DNA from: Octopus sinensis
Lineage: Eukaryota
DNA length: 64,000 nt
NCBI RefSeq assembly: GCF_006345805.1
Contig: NC_043014.1
Location: 18,414,001-18,478,000 of the forward strand
Direction of reading: 5' to 3'
This document shows, in pieces, positions 13,571 through 26,606 of the stretch (the first letter of the stretch is position 1; each line of letters begins with the position of its first letter). The notes below the pieces were generated by a model. It did no database searches, was not told the origin of the DNA, and saw only the letters and a list, made by a program, of their open reading frames with translations. Both the position numbers and the translations under genes were made by a program.

Positions 13571-13926
13571 TCTTGCTAAACGAAATTAATTCAGAGACAC
13601 TCTAGTCAATAACAGCGATAGGTATATAGTTAGATTAGGATAAACGAAAGCACGCGCGCACACGAGAGAGAGAGAAAGAGAGAGAGAGAGATAGTGAGAG
13701 AGAGAGGGGGGAAGAGAGATGAAGAAAAAAGCAATCAAGAAAGAGTGAGAAAAACGTACACAGAAAACATATAAGAGCATGCTCACAAACTTATATTGAC
13801 AACCTTAGTTACGTGCATGTACAATTCATCACATACACACACACATAAAAACATCCTCCCCTCTCGCCCTGTCGTCATATCTTGCTTACATTAAACATCT
13901 TAATAGTTTGCTCTCTTTCTCCCTCC

Positions 13927-13965
<39 letters not shown>

Positions 13966-14384
13966 TCTCTCCTTGTCTTGCTCTTTTTCACTCTTTCGCG
14001 CACGCAGTGAATAGAACACATCTAAAGGACACAAACACAGAACACACAATCGCTTATACTCAGTGTACGCTTAGCATATATACACATCCATCATAATTCA
14101 TACACAGCGCGTGCGCACACACACTCATGCACATGTACACACACATACACACATATGCACAAACTCACACATACACACACTCAGTTCTCTTACATACACA
14201 AACGTTTACACAAACGTAGCCTGCAGAGGCATACGGAGCTCATTCACATATACATATACACACAAGCTTAGAGGAAGAAGAAGAGACTGGAGTGTGTGGG
14301 AGGGGGGTGCGAACTGTAGAAAAGGTTGATGAGGGTTTTGAACCAGAAACAAATGGAGTTGACCATAAGTAGGATAACAAAAGA

Positions 14385-14459
14385 ACGACAATGATGATGA
14401 TGATGGTGATGAGGATGGTGATAATAATAATAATAATAATGATAATAATAATAATAATG

Positions 14460-14510
<51 letters not shown>
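14385..14510. repeat. (GAT)/(AAT)n array
   Basis: Directly visible. Confidence 0.95.
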
Positions 14511-14511
<1 letters not shown>

Positions 14512-14728
14512 CCACGAATTAAAAGAAACATTGTAAAAAGAGGAAAGAAAAAGAATAAAAGGAATAAAGAAAGCAACAGGAAGCCACTTAGTTACCGAGA
14601 TAACAACAAAGATCGAATGAAAGGCCGAATTCCATCCCCTTCCTAACAATAAAACTAAAGAAATACAGAAAAATATGCAATATAATATAATATAATATAA
14701 TATAATATAATATAGCATAATATAGTAT

Positions 14729-14759
<31 letters not shown>

Positions 14760-15169
14760 ACGCACACACACATATATGTGTGTCTATATATAAGAATATA
14801 GTTATATAAACCTGTGTAATTATCTCCAAAGATCACTTTAGACTGAACAACAAAAACTGGAAGCAACAATTCAGTATAAAAATGAATAATAATTTGCAGA
14901 CAAGTAGCGTCTGTTTTATTCAAATGTCTGCCATCTTTGTTCGTTATTCTTTTTGGCTACTTCTTTCGTCTGTGGTCTTCTGATTTTTTCCCTCGTCAGC
15001 CTTTCTTGCTGTCGTCGTCATTGATTTCTTCATTTAGTCTGCCAAGACACGGAATTAAGGGTCAAAAGAATTTGGCAGCGGATGAAAAGAACTCCGAAAT
15101 AAGCAACAATCACAACAAATAAACTATTAGAACAAAACAGACGATTTCAACAAAACTTGTATTTATCCA

Positions 15170-15790
15170 TACATGACGTGTATTTCAAAAGTTTTGAGCC
15201 CAGTATACTTTCTGAGAAATAATAGTAGCAAATGAATACATATATTTTAATATATCTTTCACCACCATTAATTTGAATATCATTTTCACATCGCTTGTTC
15301 AGTTACTGAATGACATATAAAAAGAACTTTTTATCTTCCACAGCGTGCCTCTGTTGTGTGACCAACTAAAATTCTGCACTGCTGTAGAATTGTCTGACCT
15401 TCAAATGATACTTCACATGTAGGAATATATTGGAGTAACTACATATGGAATGGGTAGTTGAAATAAATCTTCAAAACCGAATTCACTACTGGCAGTCTTT
15501 GACTCCTGAACCGGGTGTTCTTGCGTATTGTTGTAAAGAAGCAGAACATTAGCACTCAACATTCCACGAATCTTTGTCTTGATATAACCATACAGCTGCC
15601 GCAATGAAGCAGCATAATCGGCACCTATGATTGTGGTCCTGTGCAACTTGTATTCTATTAACAAAACGCATTTAGTTGCAGAGAATTGTCTCTGATCTGG
15701 AATGAGCTTAGAATTTCTTGGGAAATAGAAATTCTTTATGATTCTACTACCTAGAAATTTCTTTGGTCTCGGGTTTAATGTAGAGTATGC
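15170..15790 (-). pseudogene. Mariner transposase C-terminal remnant
   Basis: TIIGADYAASLRQLYGYIKTKIRGMLSANVLLLYNNTQEH...EFGFEDL matches the mariner YY..LL..L...I..KR.G.L...VLLLHDNA..H region. Confidence 0.8.
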
Positions 15791-17224
15791 ACACATTATC
15801 TCCGGGAATGATTCGAGACTTGAGCAGAAGTAGGAACTTTAGATTTTATAGAGAACATCACACCATGATATCTTGTATATACGGAATTTAAACAGGCAAA
15901 CACTTTTGATATGTTGAAATGTTTATGAAAACAGATCTTTATACAAGTACTACTGGTACAGAGTTGAAAGGGAATGGAATACGTACAGTATGATTTATGA
16001 TACATTTTTCGCAACCTCTAGTTTCATGGCTAGTAACATAATGAAATAATAAGATGGTAAACACAATCATGTCCCCGAAAAGATAAAGGACAATATGAAA
16101 AAGAAATTCCGGTGTTGCATGTTTCGTTATAAATATTTTGAGGGTACAGCTACATATTTTCTACGAATTGTAAAAATTTTTGACTTTTTTAAAACATCCA
16201 TCGTGCTTATTCGACATATCATGGTGAATGTAATCCTCGATCAAGACGCGTATGAGCCGCCCCATTCTGAGCATCTCATTAGATCAATAAAACAATAAGG
16301 ACCCAATAGCTAACTCAGTAATTACATGAACAATTGGCTTACTTTTCTCTCTATAATTGAGTATTGTTCCCACTAAGAATGTTGCGAGTGCGAATGTTTT
16401 GACAATGTGGTTGACATTTTCTCCCGCGTCAATTTTAATAAATGGGTGACCCCTTTACAATTGCTTTTCACGTTACTATGTTCAGTTACACTTGATGGCT
16501 TTTTTCCAGACATCTTGATTTGTAGCTAAATTCAACAGTGGTGTTTATCAACAATTTTCCACAACAAAGATGTTGTGGGGAAAGAACACAAAAAGTGTTT
16601 TGTAAGAGCAAATTACTGTGATATTATTTCTATGAATATAACAATGGAAATGAGCTGAAAGGATAAAGGAATGAGGTGGGAGAACATACTACGTTGTTTT
16701 TGTTAGTTGGAGCATTATCAGGTTCATAGAGATTTCGGTTCTTGCACGCCTAACTTGAACCATAAAATTTCCATATTCTAGACTCATAGGTATGTTGACA
16801 TAGAACATATGTTGCTACAGACAATGTTATCATGCTGATACAATTATTGTTTCCAGTTGATAATGCGAAAGTTGTTCGGTTAATTGTGGTGATGGTTGTA
16901 TTGGTTTTGGCGTTAGGAATGATGGTGAAATTAATATAGATGGCGAGGTTATATATTTCTTGTTTATTTGTATTGTTGTTACAATTTAGTCTCAAGTCAA
17001 TTCTCGTTGATCGATTATCAAAGACATCCCATTCAACTCTTGAAATACTTTAGGTACCATCTTTTATTTTAGATGGAATTTGGTGTCATTTTCATAGTAT
17101 TATTGTTGGTTGTATTTGTTCTGATGATAAATAGTGGCAGTAAAGGCTGGTTTACGTATATATATATATATATATTATATATATATATATATATACATAC
17201 ATACACACATCCCGATTATAAATT

Positions 17225-17624
17225 TTTTAATTGTTCGTTACATTGTTCTTAGCTTAATCACCGAGAAGTGGCTATTTGCATAAGAAACAATTGTACTTTG
17301 TAGGTAGTATACGAGTGGGTATATGTTTACAAAAAAGAAGTTTGAAAACGCCACTATATAAGATTAATTTTAATTTTCTTAGAAGAAATTTTACATGTTT
17401 CGGTTCTTCTGGAAAAAACGTACCTTATCAAAAATATTTTAAAAAGTTAAGTGTAATAAAAAAGTTCATAATTGTTTCTTACTTGTCTCAACAGAATCCA
17501 CGTGGTCGTTTTTCGTGGGGGAGAGCATAATAGCTGTCTTGTGTGTAGACTAAATAGCAGTGACCGAAATAGCAATAGCAGCAGTGATTGTTGGTCGTAG
17601 TAGTAGTGACCATGGTGGTTGTAA

Positions 17625-17681
<57 letters not shown>

Positions 17682-18075
17682 CAATAGTAGTAGTAGTAGT
17701 GATCATGGTGGTAGTGGTAGAATTCCATTTTTCTTTTCGGGAGACCAATATATGGTTTTAATATTCCTGGCCCAGGGTTTTTAAACTTGGTCCGAATTTT
17801 CTAATAAAATAGAGTTCTTTACTATGACGTTGAGTGAAAGTTACGGTGTTACTGAATTGGTTAAGTGGGAAAGTTATGAATTTGGGATTTTTATTTGAAG
17901 CACATCTGTGTATGTGGCCGCTGACAGGTATTTTCCTGTATTCAGGATTCCCAATTTGGGATTTATGTACTGCCATCCTTTTTCGTAGGCTGTTTTTTGT
18001 ATGGCCAGTATATTGCCTATTGCACCCTGCGCATGTTAACACGTAAGTTAAGTTTTCTGAAGTTTGTTCTGATGG
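17225..18075 (-). mobile_element. Penelope-like element 3' part: GIY-YIG endonuclease remnant (~17780-18075) and degenerate hammerhead-like terminus (17388-17436)
   Basis: NLTYVLTCAGCNRQYTGHTKNSLRKRMAVHKSQI...SGHIHRC...KELYFIRKF is the PLE GIY-YIG pattern. It is interrupted by a (TAG)n array at ~17590-17715. Confidence 0.85.
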
Positions 18076-20829
18076 TAAAATGATATATATATAATATATA
18101 TATATATATATACATACACCCATATAAACTTTTCATTGTAATGAATATGCTACCCCGCATCTTGAGCGCGTTCTCCATCTTTCCCTCTTCCCTTTTCTCT
18201 CTCTGTCTTTCACTATTTCTCTAAATATTCAACAGAAATTCCTAAACTATATTCTTGGAGGTATTGAGTCATGTCTCCTTTTGTTCTCGGTTCAAATTCC
18301 TCTATGGTCGATTTTTCCCTTTAATTTTTCCGGTGCCAAAGAAATAACAAACAAATATTGGAAGTTTATTTATTCCACTCTCTACCTCTTTCTCCTCACG
18401 CCACCACCATCAACACCACCACCAACACCACCACCAACACCACCACCACCACCATCAACACCATCACCACCACCACCACCACTACTAATACAACTACTCG
18501 AAGTTTTTGTCCTTTTACCATCGTTTGAACTCATTATTTTTCGTTTTGCCTGATTTCTGCAAAAAAAAGCAGCAACAAATAAAAGTAGTAAAGAAAAAAA
18601 ATGGAAAAAATTCTTCACTGATTATTACTTTGTTTGACTTCAAGAAGCAAATGAAAAATATAAAAATAAGATGTAAAATAAAAGCAAATAAAAAACCGAT
18701 TATTGATTTTTAATTCAACAAACGTGTTTGTGAATAATTTCATGCAAGAATTTAATTCGATAAGGTGTTTGTTTGCTTTCGTTCTTTCCTTTCTCTGCAA
18801 ATATTGTCTAGAATATGATTTAAGGTCAAATGGAAGCGTTGAAATCATAACTATATATAAATGAAAACTAAAATATTGAATTTTAATTTGTCGGCTTAGG
18901 GGTCATAAAATTTTAAGAGAGAGAAATGGCGAATAGTTGATTGAATTATCCTTGCAGTTTTACTTATATCGACTGCACAAGGATGAAAGATAAATATGTC
19001 CTTGGAGAGATTCGAACTTAGACCATAACTAAATACAAGCATTTAGTCATAATAAATATTAAGAAAAATGGTGTCTGCATTTAAGCAAAACATCATATAT
19101 TTAGAAGGAGGTTTAGCATCGATGTTATCAACCCGTACATAACTACTCGAATAATACTTATACCATAGGAAAGGGAAAGGTGAAAGGTTGATGAACTGCG
19201 ACGGGATTTGGATAGCAAACATAAAGAGGCGTAACTAAAGTGCGTTAAGTATATATACCGAACAGTCTACCGAATCTGCCAAACCATCACCGTTCGAATT
19301 ATTGTTTCTAATTTAGACATAGGGCATGCACACTTATTAGGTGGAGGAGGCTGGTTTATTAAAAGATCCGAGCATTTAACTGTTACTTTTATTTTAACGA
19401 TTATATATGGTTAAAAGGCGAAGCTAACCATGGCAAAATATGAACGCAGATTGCAAAGAGCACACATGCAAAAATGAAAAAAAAACTCGCTGTATTCTTT
19501 CTACACTATAACGATTGTTTCAAATTCACTGCTCATACCTTTCCATTTCTGATAATTGTTTTTCATTTAGGCACAAGGATAATTAAAATTGAGAAGAGGG
19601 TTTTAGTCGCTTATACTCTTTTCAGTACTTGAGAAGTATTTTACTTTATCGACCCTAAACGATGAAAAGCAAGAATGGCTCCACTGGAATTTTGAACTTA
19701 GAAATGAAAGGGTCAGAAGAAATATCGCAAGCTTCTTTTCTGACGCTTTAAAATTTATGACAATGCATAACCTCACTTGTCTTTCTAATTCAGGTACAAG
19801 ACGGCATATTTAGTAAAAGATTCCCTATTTTTCTTTTAGTCAGTTTCTATCGATATCCCACTCTCGAATCAGGCACATTACGATGTAAGAAGAGTTATGG
19901 GACAACAATCACAGTATCCTTTGTTTTAAATTTTGAGAAGGCTTCGGTAAAGGGACAGCAATCACTTCTCTATAAGACAACTCATCAACTACTGGAATTG
20001 TTCATTGAGTGCACTTTGTGCTTTACAGAAAGAAACATAGAAGTAAGGAAAATTGTCGGATCTGTCAACGGATTTTATGGAGAAATGGAACTCCCCAACG
20101 CACGGGATGATGGCGACTGATCGTTGGATAGATAACGGAAAAAATCCATGTTTAATAGATTCTAATTTTATAAACTAGTTCCATGATGACAAAATATGAA
20201 TGCAAAATCGATTTTATTTTCGTCTTTAACAAATTATTTCTAATTTTGACATCAGACCAGCAATTTTGAGGGTATGGAAGTCGATAAAATCGGACCCAAG
20301 GCTCAGTTGGTTCGTTATCGACCTGAACGTATGAAAGGCAAAGTTGACTTCGGCGGAATTTTGAATTCAGAACGTACCAACGGAAGAAATATCACTAAGC
20401 ATTTTGCCCGACCTGCTGGGGCGCCATTTCTTCCGGCTTAAATTCTAAGTTCAAATTCCACCGAGGTCGATTTTGACTTTCACCCTTTCGAGGTCCTCAT
20501 TAATAAAGACGAGAAAATACCTCAAAATTTCAGTAATAATTGATAGGGACTGGTATGGCTTTACCGGAATACAACCGGGTAAGAATAGCCTCAGTACATG
20601 ACAGGTATTGACATCATCAGTCCTTGAAGAACGAAAGATAAATTGATCAGGAAGAGGCTGGGACTTGCGATGCAATACAAGGTAACTAAACATCATAGTC
20701 TGAGTAGGAGTTAACCGATTTGAACTTAGAACGTGAGAGAATCATTGCTAAATATGACAGCGTTTCCATTCTAAAATCTATACTGAATACAAAAAATAAA
20801 AATCAATAGTGAAAGGAGAAAAGCAACGA

Positions 20830-20959
20830 TGTGGTAGTAGTAGTAGTAGTACTAGTAGTAGTAGTAGTAGTAGTAGTAGCAGTAGAAGTAGTAGTAGTGG
20901 TAGTAGTAGTGGTAGTAGTAGTGGTAGTAGTAGTAGTAGAAGTAGTAGTAGTAGTAGTA

Positions 20960-20990
<31 letters not shown>

Positions 20991-21022
20991 AAATAGACGT
21001 AGTAGTAGTGGTAGTAGTAGTG

Positions 21023-21075
<53 letters not shown>
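20830..21075. repeat. (TAG/TGG)n array
   Basis: Directly visible. Confidence 0.97.
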
Positions 21076-21356
21076 GGTAGTGGTGGAAGTTACTGAAGTA
21101 ACAATAGCTGTGAAACCATTCAATTCCAAAGATTGAATTTTATTTGCACATAGATGGAGTCCCACTGGGTTTAGTGTATAGGGGTGGGAGAGTGTCTGGA
21201 ATCTCAAAAATGGACATCTAAAAAAAGAAAACATTAACACATGGACTGCGCCATTCTTATGTCATGCTGGCTATTGAGTGATTGTCGAGTTGCTCACACA
21301 CACACACACACGCAGATGTATGCATGAACGCTATGTATGTTTCAGGATATATATAT

Positions 21357-21390
<34 letters not shown>

Positions 21391-21628
21391 CATATATATA
21401 CATATATATATATATTCATATATATATATATATGCACATGTACAACGTGATTTGCCACGTCAAGTAGCTGTTCTATGTAACTACTAGTTTAACCCCAGGC
21501 AGATTGTCCACGAGCTGGTCATCGTTGCGATGTTGCACCCTTATATACAATATATATTACTAGCAGGGGGAACTAACCCCTATTATTCTCTGGCACACAT
21601 ATATATATATATTATATATATATATATG

Positions 21629-21668
<40 letters not shown>

Positions 21669-21669
21669 T

Positions 21670-21719
<50 letters not shown>

Positions 21720-21743
21720 GGTATATAAATATATTTGAGTGTG

Positions 21744-21793
<50 letters not shown>

Positions 21794-21798
21794 TATTG

Positions 21799-21989
21799 TG
21801 ACCCCCTTCGGTCATGAATGACCATGGAATTGCACCTAGAAGTTACCCTCCTAGGCACAAGTCTGGGCAAGGTTGTTTATGGAAGACCAGCAGTCGCCCA
21901 CGCATACTGGCCTCCCCTCTCCACGCCACCGATGTTATCCAAGGGAAAGGCAAAGGCCGATACTACTTGGCGCCATTGCCATCGCAGCT
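21799..21989. mobile_element. Interspersed-repeat fragment abutting a SINE
   Basis: GC-richer block GACCCCCTTCGGTCATGAATGACC...AAGGGAAAGGCAAAGGCCGATAC between a TA array and a SINE; family recalled from octopod DNA, not verified. Confidence 0.45.
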
Positions 21990-22295
21990 TATTTATTAAC
22001 ATGCAAGTGGCTGAGCACTCCACAGACATGTGTACACTTAACGTAGTTCTCTAGGAGATGCAGCGTGACACAGAGTGTGACAAGGCTGGCCCTTTGAAAT
22101 ACAGGTACAACAGAAACAGGAAGTAAGAGTGAGAGAAAGTTGTGGTGAAAGAGTACGGCAGGGTTCACCACCACCCCCTGCCGGAGCCTCGTCGAGCTTT
22201 AGGTGTTTTCGCTCAATAACACTCACAATGCCCGTCTGGGAATCGAAACCACGATCCTACGACCGCGAGTGCGCTGCCCTAACCACAGGGCCTCC
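21990..22295 (-). mobile_element. tRNA-derived SINE, third family
   Basis: Minus strand starts GGAGGCCCTGTGGTTAGGGCAGCGCAC...GGTTTCGATTCCC (A/B boxes). Homologous to 58771-58957 and to body fragments near 4350-4440 and 53395-53490. Confidence 0.85.
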
Positions 22296-22350
<55 letters not shown>

Positions 22351-22360
22351 CACGTGACCT

Positions 22361-22398
<38 letters not shown>

Positions 22399-22696
22399 TA
22401 AACAAAGTGAAATCGTGTGTTGTAATAGATATTGCTCACATGGTAATGATCATGTTTTGTCAATTATACACACGCACTATATGTTTGGTCTTCACTACAG
22501 CCTTAATATTAATATTTTAGTATCTTTGTCTTACCTCTTTCGTTTCACATCCTTTGGCTTCATCGGCGAACCTATTTCTTATGTTTCTCTCGTTTTGCGT
22601 ATCCAAGATAGGAATATATACTACAAAAAGTCAACATGGAATAAGCAGAACAGGAGGCAGCATGTGGGATGATTGTCACTGGCACATACATAAATA

Positions 22697-22850
22697 CATG
22701 CATACATACATACATACATACATACATACATACATACATACATACATACATACATAAATACATAGATACATAGATACATACATACATACATACATACATA
22801 CATGCATACATACATACATACATACATACATACATACATACATACATACA
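22697..22850. repeat. (TACA)n array
   Basis: Directly visible. Confidence 0.97.
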
Positions 22851-22873
22851 TAAACATTCATAAACACCAACTC

Positions 22874-22933
22874 AAGGAATACTGGTGGAATATTCCCATC
22901 GAAACTTCTGTCGAATGTAAACATAACAGGCCA
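22874..22933 (+). pseudogene. Short REL-endonuclease fragment of the same family as 36511-37418
   Basis: KEYWWNIPIETSVECKHNRP versus KEYRWNIPMKTSIKCKHDRP in the longer copy. Confidence 0.75.
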
Positions 22934-23111
22934 ACCGGCTCCCTCCTCGGTGGAAAATTTATAATAATTAAAAGATAGAAGAAATACACACACACTCACA
23001 CACATGCACACACACACACACACATATATATACACATATATGTATATATATATTCCCTATATGTGTATATATATATTCCATATACGTATGTATATATATT
23101 TACATATATGT

Positions 23112-23142
<31 letters not shown>

Positions 23143-23174
23143 CACACATACATACATATGTAGTCTATAGGTGT

Positions 23175-23885
23175 CCGATGACGACAGAGTCTGTGTTCTC
23201 GGCGATGAGAGCACATGTATCTCCGAAGTCCAAGCCTGGAAGCACACAGACGCCCACAGATGTCACAACGATAGTCTCATTAATGGACTGAAGCAGATGC
23301 TGCTCTGTGACGCCTTACTCTTGCAGCATTGTGGACGCTGTCTCTGGTCCTGTATTAAGGCAGCTGCTGCTCATGTGGTGTGAGACTCCCACGCTGATAA
23401 TTCTGCGGCAGAGGCTTCGAATTCGGGTGGGTTAATGCCGCTCGGTTTCGGAGTGTCATTGTATTTCAGTTTAGGTCTTCTTCGTTTGCGTGAGCCCTGC
23501 GTGAGCTCGCCGTACAACAGCTGTTGTCAGTCACACACAGTAGTCAGTCATTCTAATGATATGGCCAGTCCAGCGTAACTGATCCTTCAGCAGGATTGAC
23601 TCAATGATTATTGAACAAGTTCCGATCAGCATTTCTTGGTTTGTCACACTGTCCTGCCATCGAATGCCCATCTTCCTACGAAGTGTCCTTGTTTGAAACT
23701 GTTCCAGGTGTTTGATGCGCCGACGGTATTTGGTCCATGATTGACATCCATAGAATACTGTAGATCTTGAGCTTTGTCGATAGTTTGATGCCTTTCTGCT
23801 GCAGGACTTGCACTTCCAGTTTTCCAAATGCTTGACTGGCCTTGTGGATTATGGATAAAATTTCGCTGTCCAATGATCAATCGGC
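23175..23885 (-). pseudogene. RTE-type LINE 3' fragment with a C-terminal C2H2-like finger
   Basis: KASQAFGKL..VLQQKGIKLSTKLKIY / YGCQSWT.YRRRIKHLEQFQTRTLRRKMGIRWQDSVTN / QLRWTGHIIRM; CDICGRLCASRLGLRRYMCSH at 23205-23267. Confidence 0.88.
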
Positions 23886-23935
23886 TGTGTGAATTTATTT
23901 ATACATATACATACAAACAGACACACACATATTCA

Positions 23936-24190
23936 TATTCTTTTACTTGTTTCAGTTATTTGACCGCGGCCATGCTGGAGCACATCGACCCTAGGACTTA
24001 TTCTTTGTAAGCCTAGTTCTTATTCTGTCGGTCTTTTATGCCGAACCGCTGAGTATGGGGACGTAAATACACCAGCATCAGTTGTCAAGCGATGGTTGTA
24101 GTGGTAGGGAAACAGACACGCAAATATATACATATATAAAGCTAAAATTTGCCCTGTTTATATATTATACCATATATGTATATATATATC

Positions 24191-24226
<36 letters not shown>

Positions 24227-24353
24227 ACGCGCTTCTTTCATTTTCGTCTACCAAATCCACTCACAAGTCTTTGGTCGGCCCAGAAGACATTTGCCCAAGG
24301 TGCCACGCAGTGCGACTGAACCCTGAAGCATGTGGATGGTAAGCAAGCTACTT
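23936..24353 (-). mobile_element. CORE-SINE, distal part (B box, core, tail) of a copy split by a 4-kb insertion
   Basis: Minus strand reads AAGTAGCTTGCTTACCATCCACATGCTTCAGGGTTCAGTCGCACTGCGTGGCACCTTGGGCAAATGTCTT... through the GGCCGCGGTCAAATAACTGAAACAAGTAAAA tail. Confidence 0.93.
24342..24353. repeat. Target-site duplication copy 1 (AGCAAGCTACTT)
   Basis: Identical to 28351-28362; one mismatch to 26374-26385. Confidence 0.93.
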
Positions 24354-24725
24354 TATTTCATAACATTTGCCATAAAGGCAGTACATAGAGTAAGTTAGCT
24401 TTGCGGGCTGGACGAGGACATTAATGAAATGAATGATGATGAAAGAAAGATGATGGGGATGGGAGAAGACAAAAAGCGCCCGCCGACTTATGCTTCTCTA
24501 AAACATTGTTCTTTTAAAAACAAACACAAAACGAGGTATAAAACCTCTTACAATTTTACAACTTTTCAATTTTTGGATTTAACAGTCCAATACTAACAAC
24601 AACATAATTCAATAGTTACATATGATATAAATACAATACACAAAGCCCCTCCTCCCAGACCTGGCTTACACTTCCCTTAGGAATGCGCCAGCTCTAGGTC
24701 GGGGCCTCTCAAATCGTATCACAAT

Positions 24726-25128
24726 TTATAACTCGTCCTCAAAATAACTTGTGCCCGCATCCTCCGCCATCCACCACGTCTCCCTCAGAATGTAATCGAG
24801 TTCCGTGTTAGCGTCGCCCGGGACCAAGCTATAATCCTCATTGAGCTCCTTCAGCCCAAGCGTCACGTCGAACGCCACGGCCTCCACAGCTACCAGCGGA
24901 GGCCATTCGGTGTCCTGTGTGAAGGCTGAAGGTGCTCCCTTGTGGTGCTTTTCCATCACCTTTTCAATCTCTCCGCCTCTATGGAAGAGGATCAATATAT
25001 CGTTTTTGCTCGGGTGCGGGATATTCAATTCTTTCGTTGGCGGCACAGTTCCCGCCAACGGTGTTTCTTCTCCTGTCGGTGGCACAACCCCAACCGACGT
25101 AGTTCCGGGACGTTCCGGTATTATGTCA
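24726..25128 (-). CDS. Copy A second ORF (ORF-X, ~130 open codons, +1 frame relative to ORF1, unknown function)
   Basis: Open to the TAA at 24726. ILILFHRGGEIEKVMEK and TQDTEWP align with YVVLYYKGGTLEKEIRK and TEDPEWP of copy B, with synonymous third-position differences. Confidence 0.6.
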
Positions 25129-25689
25129 CCGACTGCCGGTAATGTCTCGTTTCTCTTCCTCTTTTTCTTTTTTTCTTTTCAAAAAATCTGGAAGAACCAG
25201 ATTGGCTGATTGGGTCCAAAGGGTCAAAATTGCTTTTCACCCAACCCAAACAGCCGCAGGAAGAACTTTCACATCAAGGAGCTTAGTTTCGCTGCTACCC
25301 AGACCCCGGCGGATAGTCTCCTCTATCCACTCGGGTTTTATCCCGGGTGGCAGCCCACAGATCCAAGCTTTCGCCAGTCTCTTTTTTTGGTACGTGGGCA
25401 GGAATAAAATTTCCTTACCCTCCAGGGGTTTACTAGCAAATTTGCAAGCCTCTTCAGGGGTGTCAAATAGCAACCACACCGCTGCATATCTGACACCCCT
25501 GGAAATGAATTTAATTGTTGGCAAATACTCTGCCAACTCCTTTTCAATTGCCGTCTTTTCGAATAGGGTGATAGTGTCGAGTGCCTTGGAGTAGATTCTC
25601 AACACCACCGTCCTATCTTCACGGTCTTTTAACCACTTTTTAGGCGGTATAATCTCCCATTCCAAAATTTTGTTATTTTTCATTGCCAT
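25126..25689 (-). pseudogene. Copy A ORF1-like gene (RRM-like region; zinc knuckle deleted in frame; premature TGA at 25237-25239)
   Basis: MAMKNNK...AWICGLPPGIKPEWIEETIRRGL...G*KAILTLWTQSANLVLPDFLKRKKEKEEEKRDITGSR*; 87/140 residues identical to copy B by manual alignment. Confidence 0.8.
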
Positions 25690-26373
25690 GTTTTTTTGGT
25701 TTTTTAAAAATATATTCAAAATAAACTTAAAAAGCGAGAAGAAAAAAGTTCAAAAGTCCAAATAAAATTCAATAGATTTTTTGAAAAAACAATAAGGAGA
25801 AAGCACGACAGAAGGGAAGAAATCAACGGAAAGTCGCAATAAACAAAAAAAACAAAAAGGGGAGTTAAATGATGTTCAAAAGAAAGTTAATAAACAGCAA
25901 AACACAACAAAAATCTTCTGGCCTTACGGTACACCCGGCCTGAGTTGAACCTGGAACGCCGCAACTGGAACACAACCTCCACAAAAATTGGTCCAAAAGG
26001 TAATCCAAAAGTGGCTTATTCTTATAATTTTCTTGCGAGATACGCCCACAAGAAGAATTCTCACTTCACCGTTACGGCCAAAATTTAACACTATTTTCAA
26101 ACGAAAGTTTGGCAGGATACGCCCACCAAACCAATAATTTTCACAATTAAGTGAATATTTTCACTCAGCCTCAGGTAGGCCAGAGTCTAGTGAGGACTTC
26201 TTGCTTGTAAAAATAATTTGCAACATACAACAGGTCCCCTCTAGACCCCCAAAATTCTTACCTTACGGCTGAGTATTCAAAAGTCTTCAATTTAAGACGG
26301 CTTTCAACAGCACGTCTTACATTTACGGTGTCCAGCACCTCATTGACTTACGCATGCGTGGAAGCAACCTGTT

Positions 26374-26385
26374 AGCAAGTTACTT
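26374..26385. repeat. Target-site duplication copy 2 (AGCAAGTTACTT) at the A/B junction
   Basis: 11/12 match to the outer TSDs; preceded by GTT and followed by TATTTCA exactly as at the outer junctions. Confidence 0.88.
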
Positions 26386-26606
26386 TATTTCATATATAAT
26401 TTGCCACTAGGGCAGTACAGAGTAGCTGCGGGCTAGACAAAAGACATTAATGAATGATGGTGATGGGAGAAGACGAAAGCGCCCGCCGACTTCCGCTTCT
26501 CTAAGACATTGTTCTTTTTTTCAAAGATTTTACAAAAATTCCAAAATTTTACATATGTTATAAGAGGCAATAAACCTCCCTCTCAATACAAAAATGTTCA
26601 ATAGGT

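Larger units (their letters stand above)
24354..26373 (-). mobile_element. Non-autonomous RT-less retroelement, copy A (2020 bp)
   Basis: Bounded by TSDs; 5' end AAC, 3' end TGAAATA; ORF1-like gene plus second ORF; 3' tail and 5' motifs homologous to copy B; no TIR, LTR, RT or EN. Confidence 0.85.

Noticed and set aside
25160-25185. Deletion in copy A as a spliced-out intron
   Set aside because: The corresponding breakpoints in B are not GT...AG.
26255-26265. 5' UTR intron in A/B (AAG|GTAAGA in A)
   Set aside because: The donor is weak in B and there is no consistent acceptor before the ATG.
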